This document shows positions 20,966 to 32,245 of a DNA stretch of 64,000 nucleotides, in pieces; position 1 is the stretch's first letter, and each line of letters starts with the position of its first letter. The DNA is from an uncultured Ruficoccus sp. Its GTDB lineage: Bacteria > Verrucomicrobiota > Verrucomicrobiia > Opitutales > Cerasicoccaceae. The DNA lies in the NCBI GenBank assembly GCA_965140785.1, contig OZ223518.1:98479-162478 (forward strand), in the 5' to 3' direction. Under the pieces are notes generated by a model that was given only the letters and a program-made list of their open reading frames with translations, made no database searches and was not told where the DNA came from. The translations under genes were made by a program, and so were the position numbers.

Positions 20966-21125
20966 AAATGGTTTAATAGTTAAATGGTTGAATGGCTATT
21001 GGGGAAAATGGCGGAAGAGGTAATTGCCGCGCTGGCATATAGGTGCGGGTTCATGGGGCTGGTTTTTCCGCCAGCCGCCGCGCTTGCTTACTAACCATTT
21101 AGCCATTCAGCCATTTGACCATTTT
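20966..21125. repeat. Inverted 8-bp-period AATGGYTR arrays between rplT and pheS
   Basis: AATGGTTT AATAGTTA AATGGTTG AATGGCTA ... TAACCATT TAGCCATT CAGCCATT TGACCATT. Confidence 0.85.
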
Positions 21126-21133
21126 CAACCAAC

Positions 21134-21162
21134 AAAAAAGGCGGCCATGGTGAGGCCGCCTT
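21134..21162 (-). terminator. Intrinsic terminator after rplT
   Basis: AAGGCGGCC-7nt-GGCCGCCTT stem followed by a T-run on the minus strand. Confidence 0.75.
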
Positions 21163-21198
21163 CGGTAAATTTCAAGTGCGAGTTGCTGGGGACGCTTT

Positions 21199-21558
21199 TT
21201 AGGCGTTGACCGCGCCCTTGGCCTTTTCGACCAGAGCGGCGAAGGCGGCTTCGTCATGGATGGCGAGCTCGCTCAGGGCCTTGCGGTCCAGCTCGATACC
21301 GGCGGCTTTGATACCGGCCATAAATCGGCTGTAGGCAATGCCGTTCATGCGGCAGGCGGCATTGATGCGGATGATCCACAGCTGGCGGAACTCCGTCTTT
21401 TTCTTGCGGCGGTCACGGTAGGCGTAAACGCCGGCGTGCATGTTGGCGTCCTTGGCGTAGCGGAAGAGCCGGGACTTGTTACCGAAATAGCCCTTGGTGG
21501 ACTTGAGGACGCGCTTGCGGCGTTCGCGCGAAGCGGGTGCGTTGGTTGCTCTAGGCAT
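21199..21558 (-). CDS. rplT: 50S ribosomal protein L20
   Basis: YAYRDRR.KK..FRQLWIIRINAA...LDRK.LSELA. Confidence 0.98.
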   Translation of the reverse strand: MPRATNAPASRERRKRVLKSTKGYFGNKSRLFRYAKDANMHAGVYAYRDRRKKKTEFRQLWIIRINAACRMNGIAYSRFMAGIKAAGIELDRKALSELAIHDEAAFAALVEKAKGAVNA

Positions 21559-21642
21559 GTTGTATAACTTTCTGGATGTTTGGGAGCGGCAGGGTCGCCT
21601 GGTGGTTGTTCACCCTGTCCGGCTCAGTTATCAGTCAATCAC

Positions 21643-21843
21643 TTAGATGTTGTGATGCGGAAGGCCGACGCGGAGCTGCTTGACGTAGCCGGACGGGACG
21701 AGCTGGTCCTGACGGGCGGCACGCTTTTGCTTGGAGCTCTTGTTGCGCAGGAGGTGGCGGTGGTTGGGCTTGCGACGCATAACCTTCCCGGTGCCGGTCA
21801 CCTTGAAGCGCTTGGCCATTGCTTTGCGGGTTTTCTGACTCAT
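21643..21843 (-). CDS. rpmI: 50S ribosomal protein L35
   Basis: [17 protein letters not shown]...[11 protein letters not shown]; upstream of rplT. Confidence 0.95.
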   Translation of the reverse strand: MSQKTRKAMAKRFKVTGTGKVMRRKPNHRHLLRNKSSKQKRAARQDQLVPSGYVKQLRVGLPHHNI

Positions 21844-22052
21844 GATCTTGGGAAAAGCGGAGAAAACAAAGAGTTTTCGGGCTCTTGGCAAGGAGAAATG
21901 TATAAAAGTGGTCTGCCGGAAAGGATGTCCGGCTTGACCGCTCGGCTACCCCGGACGGGCGAAGCTTGCATTCCCGCACTTGATTCCGGCGCGGAATTTG
22001 CTATGTTAGTTGTGTGTCTTAAATGACGCGAAAGGAGATTACAGATTCATAA

Positions 22053-22472
22053 ATGAGCGAAAATAAAGACTTTGGCGATGTAGTGGAGTTGATCCTGAAG
22101 GAGGACAGCCGCTTCGACAAGGGAGCGTATTACTTTGTCCGGCAGGGTCTCGACCACACCCTGCGCAACATGGACAACGACCAGGAGTCGGCACCCCGGC
22201 ATGTCACCGGGCAGGAGCTGCTGGAGGGCATCCGCGACTTCGCGCACAACCAGTACGGGCCCATGGCCTACAGCCTGCTCGACCACTGGGGCATCCGCAA
22301 GTGCGACGACTTCGGCGAGATCGTTTTTAACCTCGTCGAGTACGGCGTGCTGGGCAAGACCGACAGCGACAAGAAGGAGGACTTCACCGGCGGCTACGAC
22401 TTCCGCGAGGCCTTCCTCAAGCCCTACCTGCCCAAAAACTCCAAGGGCGAGCTCCATCCTGAGCAGAGCTGA
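22053..22472 (+). CDS. Minf_1886-like conserved PVC protein
   Basis: AYYFVRQGL, HVTGQELLEG, YGPMA, WGI, DFGEIVFNLV and F.GGYDF. Confidence 0.75.
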   Translation: MSENKDFGDVVELILKEDSRFDKGAYYFVRQGLDHTLRNMDNDQESAPRHVTGQELLEGIRDFAHNQYGPMAYSLLDHWGIRKCDDFGEIVFNLVEYGVLGKTDSDKKEDFTGGYDFREAFLKPYLPKNSKGELHPEQS

Positions 22473-22830
22473 GGGGCGGGAGAGATTGAGCTGGGCGCGC
22501 AAAGCTCAGGGCCCGTTCGGGCTGGATGCCGGTCGCGCAAACCCATTCTGGGTTGGAAATACCCCCGCTAAATCGTGTTTGCCCCGAGTAGAGGAGCAAC
22601 CCGGGGCTAGACTGTATAACCCCGTTGGGGTTAGGCCGGTTTATATATCTAGTGTGGGCTCTGCGCTTCCAAGCTGCGAGCATCCAGAGCCATTTAAGAA
22701 AAATTATAGCCCCGAAAAGGCACGAAGATTCACAAAAAAGTTTTGAAATGATCGGTGCCTTTCAGCGTTCAGTGATTTTATCCGTGTGCATCCGCGTTTC
22801 ATCCGCGGCTACAATAAAAATTGAAACGCT

Positions 22831-22999
22831 CTAGGCAGTGTCTTCAAACCTCCGAAAACTTTCGTATTCTAATGCCTTTTTCGCCCAAAACACGTTTCCT
22901 CAGCTCGACAAATCTTGATTTGCCTCGCCTCGAAAGCCGTATTTTTGGCTGAAAAATTCAAGGCGACTCCTCGTTTCGAGGTTTGAAGACACTGCCTAG
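22831..22999. mobile_element. 169-bp MITE, copy 1 (IS5-like ends, CTAG at both termini)
   Basis: Perfect terminal IR CTAGGCAGTGTCTTCAAACCTC...GAGGTTTGAAGACACTGCCTAG; near-identical copy at 58727-58895. Confidence 0.9.
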
Positions 23000-23079
23000 C
23001 CCCAACGGATTGGCCTTGGAACAAAACCCGAGGGCGCGGGACGTAAGGTTCTGGCGCTGAGCGCGACACAAACACTCTT

Positions 23080-23760
23080 ATGCGAAAACTCATCTGGCCC
23101 CTGATTATTCTGGTTGTGGCGGCGTGGCTGGCCTACGGCTACACCTCCAAGGGCGGTGCCTGCTGGACCTTGAGCTGTCCGTTGAGCACAGACTCGAAGG
23201 CCGCCCCGGCGGCTGCTGCCCCTGTTTCCCCGGACGTGCAAGCTGCCCGCGCCAGCAAGGCCACGGCGGCTCCCGCGACCTCTTCATCTTCAACTGAAAT
23301 TTCGACCATGAGCGACAAATCCACTTTACGCGAGAAACTGACCCCCACTCAATACGCCGTGGCCTGCGAGGGCGGCACCGAGCCGCCGTTCCGCAATGCC
23401 TATTGGGATAACCACGAACCAGGCCTCTATGTCGATGTGATCTCGGGCAAGCCGCTGTTCGCCTCGACCGCGAAGTTCGACTCGGGGACGGGCTGGCCGA
23501 GCTTCACCGAGCCGGTGGACGAGGCCGAGGTCGTCGAGGTGCGTGACACCTCGCACGGCATGGTCCGCACCGAGGTCCGCTCGAAGAGCGGCGACGCGCA
23601 CTTGGGGCACGTTTTCCCGGATGGACCGGGCGAGAGCGGCCTGCGCTACTGCATCAACAGTGCCTCCCTGCGCTTCATCCCGGTGGCCGATCTGGAAAAG
23701 GAAGGCTACGGCGAGTACCGGAAGCTTTTTGAAGGGCAGAGTCAGCCGGACGCGGAGTAG
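23080..23760 (+). CDS. msrB: Peptide-methionine (R)-S-oxide reductase with N-terminal export/anchor extension
   Basis: [27 protein letters not shown] and RYCINSA; hydrophobic N-terminus plus Ala/Ser linker. Confidence 0.93.
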   Translation: MRKLIWPLIILVVAAWLAYGYTSKGGACWTLSCPLSTDSKAAPAAAAPVSPDVQAARASKATAAPATSSSSTEISTMSDKSTLREKLTPTQYAVACEGGTEPPFRNAYWDNHEPGLYVDVISGKPLFASTAKFDSGTGWPSFTEPVDEAEVVEVRDTSHGMVRTEVRSKSGDAHLGHVFPDGPGESGLRYCINSASLRFIPVADLEKEGYGEYRKLFEGQSQPDAE

Positions 23761-23953
23761 GGGAGTTGACTGCTCGCGATTGGGGCACGTTTTGTGACGG
23801 TTGGGTCACGTCCATGTGTCAGGCATAACAAATTGGCACTCAATCCGTTCTTGAGAGTGGGAACTTTTTTGAAGTGATATTTACTTAGTGAAAAGAGGGA
23901 CGATAAAAAGTCCTCCCAACTTCCAGTCTCCTGTTAGTTAGGTTACCACTGTG

Positions 23954-23988
23954 ACCGCCGGGTGTAAGCAGCCCGGCGGTTTTTGTTT
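23954..23988 (+). terminator. Intrinsic terminator-like hairpin
   Basis: ACCGCCGGG-9nt-CCCGGCGGT followed by TTTTGTTT. Confidence 0.65.
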
Positions 23989-24062
23989 GATTGACGGTGT
24001 TTGTGTGCTGAAGGATGCCGTCTGCCGGATAAAGGCCGCCACCACGTCCACTTTCTTTATTT

Positions 24063-26628
24063 ATGAACCACTCCGCCCGCACGCTTTCCTCCGATCAGGC
24101 GCTTCTGAACGATCTGTTTCACGAACCGGTGCACCGGCGTACGTTGTCCAACGGCTTGACCGTGGTCTCGCGGGAGGACTTCTCGGCAGAGCTGGTCTCG
24201 GTGCAGCTCTGGGTCAAGACCGGGAGCATCCACGAGGGCGACTGGACCGGGGCGGGGCTTTCGCACTTTCTGGAGCATATGCTGTTCAAGGGCACGCCGA
24301 CGCGCGGGCCGCTGGATATCAGCCGTGAGGTGCACGCGCTCGGTGGCGGGATCAACGCCTACACCTCCTACGACCGCACCGTTTACTACATCGACGCGCC
24401 CTCCGAGCAGGCCGAACCGGCCCTGGACATCCTGGCCGACATGGGGCTGCGCGCCATCATCCCCGAGGCGGAGTTTACCTCCGAGCGCGACGTCATCCTG
24501 CGCGAGATCGACATGGGCCTCGACGATCCCGACCGCGAGCTTTTTCACGCCTTTTCCCGCACCGCCTTCCGGCAGCACCCGTACCGCTTTCCGGTCATCG
24601 GGCTGCGTCCGCTCTTCGAGCAGACCACCCGGGAGGACCTTTACCGCTATTACAAGAGCCGCTACCAGCCCGGCAACATGGTGCTGGTGGTGGTCGGCGC
24701 GCTCGAAACCGCCCAGGTGGACGCGCTGGTGGACAAATACTTCGGACAGGCACTGCCGGGTCTGAGTCCGACTCCCCTGGTGGCCGCCGAGCCGCCCCAG
24801 CTCGCCCTGCGCACCGAACGCCTCACTGGCGACTACAACATCGTGCGCGGGATGGCCGGCTATAAGATCCCCGGCCTGGCCGATCCGGTCGCCCCGGCGC
24901 TGGACATGCTGGCCTTTCTCATGGGTAACGGCAAAAGCTCGCTCCTGTGGCAGAAGCTGCGGGAACAGAAGCGCCTCGTGCAGCACATTGACGCCAGCTG
25001 CTGGAATCCCGGGGGGCAAGGGCTGCTGTGGATTTCGCACCTGTGCGAACCGGGACAGCGGGAGGCGGTGGAGGCCGAGATCCGGCGTGTGCTGGCCAAG
25101 GACCTGCCGAAAGTCATCACGGCGGAAAACCTGGCCAAGGCCGTGCGCCAGGCCCTTGTGGGTGAGGTGAACGGCCGCAAAACCATGTCCGGCCAGGCTT
25201 CGCGGCTGGGCGTCGCCGAGACCGTGGTGGGCGAGCTGGACTACCCGCGCCTGTACTTCACGCGCCTGTCGGCGCTGCGCCCGGATGACCTGCAGGCAGC
25301 GGCCCGGCGTTTCCTGGTCGAGTCGGGCCTGACCGAAGTCACCCTGGAGCCCAAGGCCGTTGCTGAAGGCACGGGTAAGAAAAGCGTCTCCGTGCGGCAA
25401 CTGCCGGACTTTTCCGAGACGGCGCTGCCCAACGGTGCGCGCCTGCTGGTCCAGGCCGACCCGAGTTTTCCCAAGGTTCACCTGCGCCTGGCCCTGCTGG
25501 GCGGGCCGGGGCTGGACCCGGCAGCGGCTCCCGGCGCTTGCGGCGTGCTGGCCTCGCTGTTGACCCGTGACACCGAACGCCGCAGCGCGGCAACCATCGC
25601 CGCCGAGGTGGATCGCGTGGGCGGCAGTTTTGGCGAATTTATCGGCAACAACACCTTCGGCCTCTCGGCGGAAGTGCTTCCGGCGGATTTCCCGCTGGCG
25701 GTCTCGTGGCTGGCCGACGCGCTGCTGGCTCTGCGCCCGACGGGCGGCTCCTTCGAGGTCGAGCGGGAGGGGCAGCTCTCTTCGCTGCTGGAGGATGAGG
25801 ACGAAATCCTCGACTACGGGCGCCGTCGGTTGCGCCGCCGGTTTTTCGGGGAGCATCCCTTTGCCAACGATTACCTGGGCACCCGCGAGGGGCTGGAGAA
25901 CCTGACGCTGGCCCAGGTCGAGGCGCAGCGCGAGCAACTCATTCGCGGCCCCAATGTCGTGCTGGCCGTTTCTGGCGCGGTGGACGAGGCCGAGGTCAAG
26001 GCTGTTCTGGAACCCATACTGGCGGAGCTCAGCGCCGAGCCAGCTCCCACGGTGGCCGACCTGCCGGAAGTCCCCGTCGAGAGCGGTGAATTCGTCGAGC
26101 ACTTGCCCCGCGAGCAGGCGGTTGTGCTGGAGGCCTATCCCGACGCCGGGTGTGCGCCACGCGGACTTTCACACCGGTGAAGTGGTGGACGAACTGCTTA
26201 GCGGCATGTCGAGCCGGCTGTTTGAAACGGTCCGGGAAAAGGCCGGGCTGGCCTACTATGTCAGCGCCAGCCGCACGCCGGGCCTGGACGGCGGGCTGTT
26301 CAGCCTATACGCCGGGACGCATCCCGGCGCGGTTGAGGCCGTGCTGGCCGAGTACGACAAGGAGATCACCCGCCTGCGCTCTGGCGGCGTGTCTGAAGAG
26401 GAACTGGCCGCCTGCCGTACCCGTCTGAAGGTGCAGAAGCGCCAAGGTCTGCAAACCATTGGCGCCCGCGCCATGCAGGCCGCTCTTAACGCCCTCTACG
26501 GCCAGCCGGTGAACAGTTGGCGCGATTACGCCGATCGGATCGACGCCGTCACGACCGAGGCGGTTTACCGTCTTTGCGCAGCGTTACTTCGACCCGTCCC
26601 GTCGCCTGCGTCTGGTGGTCAGGCCTGA
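24063..26628 (+). CDS. M16 (pitrilysin-like) zinc protease, fused two-module form (frameshifts near 3' end)
   Basis: HFLEHMLFKGT (HxxEH), NAYTSYDRT and SSRLFETVREKAGLAY in a second frame. Confidence 0.9.
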
Positions 26629-26795
26629 GAAATAAGGGCGCTTACATGGGATATTTCACGGGCGGATTGTTATGGGCTTAAACTATTATTTTATAATAGA
26701 AATTTTCCACTTTTTTGCGTAAACTGGGCTTTCCCGCTCGACCATTCAGGGGTAAAATGCCTAGCGTGTGACTCCGTAAAATACGGGGAGAAACG

Positions 26796-29700
26796 ATGTT
26801 GCGCGCAGCAGGCAAACAGGCGGTTCACCGGCAGGGACTGCCTGCCGCAGGCCGCGGTTTCGCCCTCGTCCTCGCTGTTGTTCTGATGGGGCTGGTCCTG
26901 CTCCTGACGGTGTCACTCTCTGCCTTGAGCCGGGTCGAACTGGCGGCGCTCTCCCCGCAGCGAAGCTCCCTCCTTGCTCGAGAAAATGCGACGTCTGGGG
27001 CTCATGCAGGCGATCGGCGAGCTTCAGCGGCAGGCTGGGCCCGACCGCCGGGTAACGGCGCGTGCCGAGATTCTTGGTAGCGGCGCGGCGGCGGAAAATC
27101 TTTTCTGGACTGGCGTCTGGGACAGCACGCAGCCCGGCCAGGAACCGGTCTGGCTGGTTTCAGGTGCGGCTCCGAATCCGACGGCTGCGGCCCGCGACTC
27201 GGTCGTGCTGGTGCCGGGAAATCCCTCCGTTGGTGCACCGCCGGTGCGAGTGGAAAAAGTCTACTTCGACCGGGGCGACGGCGCCCGTAACGCTTTCGCC
27301 TGGTGGGTGGGGGATGAGGGCGTGAAGGCCTCGCTCGCCGCCGGGCGCGAACGCCCCACCGGCCTGGACGAGTTGGAGGAAATCGCCCTGGCCAACCAGA
27401 CGCCCGCCGGGCTCGACCTGAGCGGCCTGCTCACGAACGGGCGGGTTATGGATGCGGTGCTGGAGGCCGACCTGAAGAAGCTGGCCAGCCGCCAAGCCCT
27501 GCCGCTGCTCAGAAATGCCGACGGCCCGGCGGTGACGAAGCAGCGCGCGCAGGCGGGCTTTCACGACTACACGCCGTGCGCCTATGCGGTACTGGAAAAC
27601 CCGGCCACCGGCGGCCTCAAGCACAACCTCTCGGACGACGGTTACCTCGACGGTTTCGTCAACGACGCGCTCCAGCAATTCCTCACCCCCGTCACCGACG
27701 AGCAGCCCCAGGCCGACCTCTCCGAGCAAGACCCCGAAGACGGCGAGCCCGTCCACGCCCTTTACCCCATCCCGACCGAGGTGGTGCTTGTATATGGGAT
27801 TGTTTCACGCCTGGAGAGATGGGATCATCCGCATCCGTTATCATGTGGAGGTCGAGTTCTGGAATCCGTACTCAGTGCCGATTTATTTTTCCGGCGAATC
27901 CGATGAGGAAACCGGCCTGAAGAACCGTGCTATCGTGGTTTACTTCGAGAATATGCCGGAGATCGAAGTCGAGGATCGAAGCAGTGGCAGGCCGCCGGAC
28001 CTGGAGGATGACTTGGATAATTTCATGTCCTACGAAAAGGGTGACAACCGCCGCTATCTCAACGGATGGATGGACATCAGCCCGCTGGAGCAGGAGCGTG
28101 GTGCGCCGGTGCTTATGCCCGGCGAGGTTTACCGTGTGCTTGCTCCGGACCCGCTTCAGCAGCCCCGTGGCGTGGCCCGGAATTTTTGTTTCCGCAAAGA
28201 GCCCATGCAGGGCAGTACAGACGGCATCCGTTGGTCGGCCGGAGAGCCGCGTGATGCCCGCCCGGACTACAATGACCGCATCAGGGTCAAAGTGAAGCAT
28301 CCACGCAAAGGGGTGAAGATAGGCTTTGTGGCTTTTTCGGGTTCGCAAACCGACTATCGGGAGGAGGAACCCTTTTTTGAAATCCGTAATCTTGACTACG
28401 ATAATTTTGATTACGAGCAGGTCTTTCGCAGTAAGCACAGGCCGCGGGTGGACTCCTACCAGCAGGCTGAGTTCGAGCAGACGCTGGAGGACGGTATCCT
28501 GCCTTTTTCCAATCCCTATTGGAATATGGATTACTATAACATCGGCCTCTACACCATCGCCTACCACTACAAGCTGACGGGGGATGCGGAGGAGCTGGCC
28601 GAGTTGCTGGGGTCGCTCGATCCGCGTAATCCGGTGCTCGATGCCGACGAGAGTTTTACGGATAAGGCGGGCGAAAAGCACAAGGTGGCCGATTACCTGG
28701 AGGTGAAGAATTTTCATCGGACCGATCCGGAGGAGGACTTGGACGCGTTCGACCCGGACGATCTTTTTCACGATCCGGAGGGGCGTATTCATGTGGGCGA
28801 GAAGGGGCCTCCGCGGCAAGTGGTTATGTTTGACCTGCCGCTGAGCGAGCCGGTCTCGGTCGGGGTCTTGCGCTTCGCGCAGATCTCCGGCCTGTCGGCG
28901 CTGGCTATTGGCAATCCGCAGGGCGGGAGTTTTAACGGTGTTTTCGATCACTACTTCATGAGCCCACTGGCCGCCGCCTCGACCGGCTCGGCCCGCCGTC
29001 TGCTCAACCCCTGGGTGGAACCGCTTGACCGTCGGCAGTGGCAGCGCGAACTGGCCACCACCGGGACACCCCGGCAGGACGATGCCGCCCGCCTGAGCCA
29101 GGTCGGCGCGTTCAACCTCAACTCGACCTCGGTCGAGGCCTGGCAGGCGGTGCTGGGGGCTTCACGCTTCACCCCCGCCGCGCCTGCCGAGGGCGCGTGG
29201 AATCTGGCCGGGGACTCGAGCTCGACGCCGCCGGTGTTTTAACCGGCTACCCTTTTACGGGGCCTGGATCGACAAGCCGGTTGGCGGGCGGGAGGATGCC
29301 TTTAACATCGAAAAAGCCTACAATCGCGCCGGGCGGTCGCTCTCGGCGGAGGCGGGCGAGGCGCAGTTGTATTACCTCAGCCAGGGGCTGGTGGAAAAAA
29401 TCAAACAGCACGGCCCTTTCAAGACGGTGGCGGACTTCGCTAACGCGGGTATCCTCCAGCAAGCGATCGACGAGGTCGGCGTGACGCGCGGGGTTAGCCT
29501 GCCTCCGATCAACGCCGACGTGCCCGCCGTATCCAATCTTTACCTGAGCCAGGGCGATGTGCTGGAGGGGCTGGCTCCGTTTGTCACGGTGCGTTCGGAC
29601 ACCTTTATCATCCGCGCTTGCGGCGAGGCGATCGATCCGCTGAGCGGAGAGACGACCCGCGCCTGGTGCGAGGCGACGGTGCGGCGTACGCCCGAGCAGG

Positions 29701-29825
29701 CGGACGGCTCCGACCCGATGGAGCCCACGGTCGCGGGCGGGCTGGGGCGGCGCTTCGAGCTGGTGGCCTTTCGCTGGCTGGATGCCTCCGAGGTCGAAGG
29801 CGAGGACGTTCCGCTGAGCCTGTGA
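26796..29825 (+). CDS. Verru_Chthon cassette protein A / PilX-like pilin-associated protein (several frameshifts)
   Basis: GFALVLAVVLMGLVLLL prepilin-like start; AIGELQ..AGPDRRVTA, AWWVGDEGVKA, AFNLNSTSVEAWQAVL, VRSDTFIIRACG and GRRF..V.FRWL. Confidence 0.75.
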
Positions 29826-29835
29826 GGCGAGCTCT

Positions 29836-29918
29836 ACAAATATTAAACAGAAAGGCCGGTAAGGACGAAAAGAAAGCGAGATATACCGTTCTTTCCGGCC
29901 TTCCTGTTAAATATTTGT
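29836..29918. repeat. AACAGRAAGG-type inverted arms
   Basis: ACAAATATTAAACAGAAAGGCCGG...CCGGCCTTCCTGTTAAATATTTGT. Confidence 0.8.
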
Positions 29919-29964
29919 CTCCAGTTGAGAGCCCGATTTAGCCCTTTCTGTTGAAAAAGCGCTC

Positions 29965-30483
29965 TTACTCGATCCCCATCTGCTGCGGGTCGAAGCCGCG
30001 GGCTTCGAGGGCGGCCTTGACCTGGGCCATATCGAGGCGGTCGCCGGGCTTGACGCCATGGGCGGCGAACCAGCCCTGATTCATCTCCAGGGCGTATTGC
30101 AGGTCGTCGCGGGCGGAAGGAACGGCGGTCTCATCGTAGGGCTCCATCGCATAGACTTCGCGCAGGACGCCGTCCGGGGTGAAATAGCCGATGTCGAGCG
30201 GGATGCGCGTGCGGCGCATCCAGAAGGACATCGGCTGCGGCGCGGAAAAGACGAAGAGCATGCCCTGTTCGTTGCCCAGGGCGTTGCGCTCCATCAGGCC
30301 GTGCTGCTGTTCGCGGCGCTCGACGGCGAACTGCGCCAGGATTTCCCGGTCGCCCACGGTGAGGGGGAACCAGGTCGAGGCCGCGGCGCGGTCGGCAGTG
30401 GCGGGGGCGGTCGTTTCCTCCTGGCACGCGCCCAAGGCGAACACGGCCAGCAGCAGGAGCAGGGCTGGGAACGGGAGCTTCAC
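29965..30483 (-). CDS. DUF192 family lipoprotein
   Basis: LGAC lipobox; GLM.R, GMLFVF, SFWMRRT.IPLDI and YALEMNQG. Confidence 0.9.
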   Translation of the reverse strand: MKLPFPALLLLLAVFALGACQEETTAPATADRAAASTWFPLTVGDREILAQFAVERREQQHGLMERNALGNEQGMLFVFSAPQPMSFWMRRTRIPLDIGYFTPDGVLREVYAMEPYDETAVPSARDDLQYALEMNQGWFAAHGVKPGDRLDMAQVKAALEARGFDPQQMGIE

Positions 30484-30814
30484 GGGACAGACTTTGTCCG
30501 CCCCCGGCGGGCGAGACAAGCGCGATTACGGGCCGGGCATTCTCAATGTAGCTGACCAGGTTTGCTACGCCGGGTGCCTGGCCGCTGTTTATTAATTCGT
30601 CTCATTGTCGTGCGTCGGGGCCGCTAATAAAAAGTCCCGGGCGCGGTTTTGGGGTGGCGGCTCCAGCCGAAGGTACGCGGCGTGCTACGGTGAGGCTTTG
30701 CTTATTTTTTATCGTCAGAGAAAAAACCGCACTTTCTATCCTTGGCGTCCGGTCCCCGGCATGCGATAGGTGGGATTGGTTTATTCCTGGTATCGTCAAC
30801 GACAGAAAGTTTTC

Positions 30815-31948
30815 ATGACCGCTACGAATGCGAAGCTGCTGTATGCCTCGACGGAGGAAAGCGCCGACGCGCTTTACTTCGCGGGCTTTTTCGTCCCGGA
30901 TCCGGTGATCCTCATGCAGATCGGCCGGACACGTCTGGGTGTGTTTTCCCGCCTGGAGTTCGGCCGCGCCGAGAAGCAGTCCGCGCTCGACGCGCTGCTG
31001 CCCTACGAGGATCTGGTCGCCCGGGCAAAAAAAACCTACAAGGCTGCCCGGCCCGGTCCGGCGGACATCATCCGCCTGCTGGCCGAAGACCGGGGCCTGA
31101 AGGGCTTCCACGTGCCGGAGAATTTCCCCGCCGGGCTCGCGCTCAAGCTGATGAAGGCCGGGCTCGACATCCAGCCGATCGAGGGGGCGTTCTTCCCGCA
31201 GCGCGAGACTAAGACCGAGGCCGAGGCCGAATCCATCCGCGAGGGCAACCGCGTGTCCGCGGTCGGCATCGCCGCCGTCCGCAAGGCGCTGGAGGAGTCG
31301 GAAATCCGCGGCGGCGAACTCTGGCTCAAGGGCAAGCGCCTGACCTCCGAGCGCCTGCGCACGCTGATCCAACTGGCGTGCATGGAGGAGGGCGGCCTGG
31401 CCAACCACGTCATCGCCGCCGGTGGTGATCAGGCGTGCGACCCGCACGCGGTGGGCGAGGGGCCGCTCAAGGCCAACGAGCTGATCATCGTCGATGTGTT
31501 TCCGCGTATCATGAAGACCGGCTACCACGGCGATATGACGCGCACCTTTCTCAAGGGCAAAGCTTCCGCCGAACAGAAGAAACTCGTCCGCACCGTTCAC
31601 CAGGCGCAGCGGGCCGCGTTGGCCCGGCTCAAGGCCGGGGTCAACGGCAAGACCATCCACGCCGAGGTGGACCGAATTTTCAAGCAGACCGGCTACGCCA
31701 CCGGCCAGTCGCGCGGCGTCTGGGAGGGCTTTATCCACAGCACCGGGCACGGCCTGGGGCTGGAGATTCACGAATCGCCTCGCCTCAGCCCGGTGGGTGA
31801 CCGGTTGAAAAAGGGCGTCGTCGTCACCGTCGAGCCCGGCCTGTATTATCCGGGGCTCGGTGGCTGCCGCATCGAAGACGTCGTGCAGGTGCTCGACGAC
31901 GGCTATGATTTGCTCTCGGAGGCCCCCTACGAGTGGGAAATTGCCTGA
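30815..31948 (+). CDS. Xaa-Pro aminopeptidase (M24B)
   Basis: GYHGDMTRT, HSTGHGLGLEIHE, TVEPGLY and RIED. Confidence 0.93.
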   Translation: MTATNAKLLYASTEESADALYFAGFFVPDPVILMQIGRTRLGVFSRLEFGRAEKQSALDALLPYEDLVARAKKTYKAARPGPADIIRLLAEDRGLKGFHVPENFPAGLALKLMKAGLDIQPIEGAFFPQRETKTEAEAESIREGNRVSAVGIAAVRKALEESEIRGGELWLKGKRLTSERLRTLIQLACMEEGGLANHVIAAGGDQACDPHAVGEGPLKANELIIVDVFPRIMKTGYHGDMTRTFLKGKASAEQKKLVRTVHQAQRAALARLKAGVNGKTIHAEVDRIFKQTGYATGQSRGVWEGFIHSTGHGLGLEIHESPRLSPVGDRLKKGVVVTVEPGLYYPGLGGCRIEDVVQVLDDGYDLLSEAPYEWEIA

Positions 31949-32031
31949 AGCTGGTCGCGTGTCTTGTGCCGTTGTTTGCCTGATGGGCTCGAAAGGAACG
32001 CGGTTGTTATGGCAACGCGTTTCTGCTTGAG

Positions 32032-32235
32032 ATGATGAGAAACATAATTTTCAGATGCCTGGCGTTCGTGTTGGGGGGGCTTTTCCTGTGGCTTGCCTAT
32101 GACTGGTTTCGCTATGCCGATCCTGAATCTGATTTTGATTACACCTATCCTTTTTTGAATTCAGTTGGACGGATGCTGTTTGGATTATTTTTCATTGGCT
32201 ATGCCTTGCGGCCCTTTAGAAAAGGAGACAGATAG
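32032..32235 (+). CDS. Small two-TM membrane protein (AT-rich)
   Basis: 67-aa ORF with two hydrophobic segments, filling the gap before the HAD gene. Confidence 0.5.
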   Translation: MMRNIIFRCLAFVLGGLFLWLAYDWFRYADPESDFDYTYPFLNSVGRMLFGLFFIGYALRPFRKGDR

Positions 32236-32245
32236 ACCCATCACC

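Noticed and set aside
23833..23863. CIRCE or sigma-54 site (TTGGCACTC...GAGTGGGAA)
   Set aside because: The spacer is 13 nt rather than 9, and there is no -12 TGC element.
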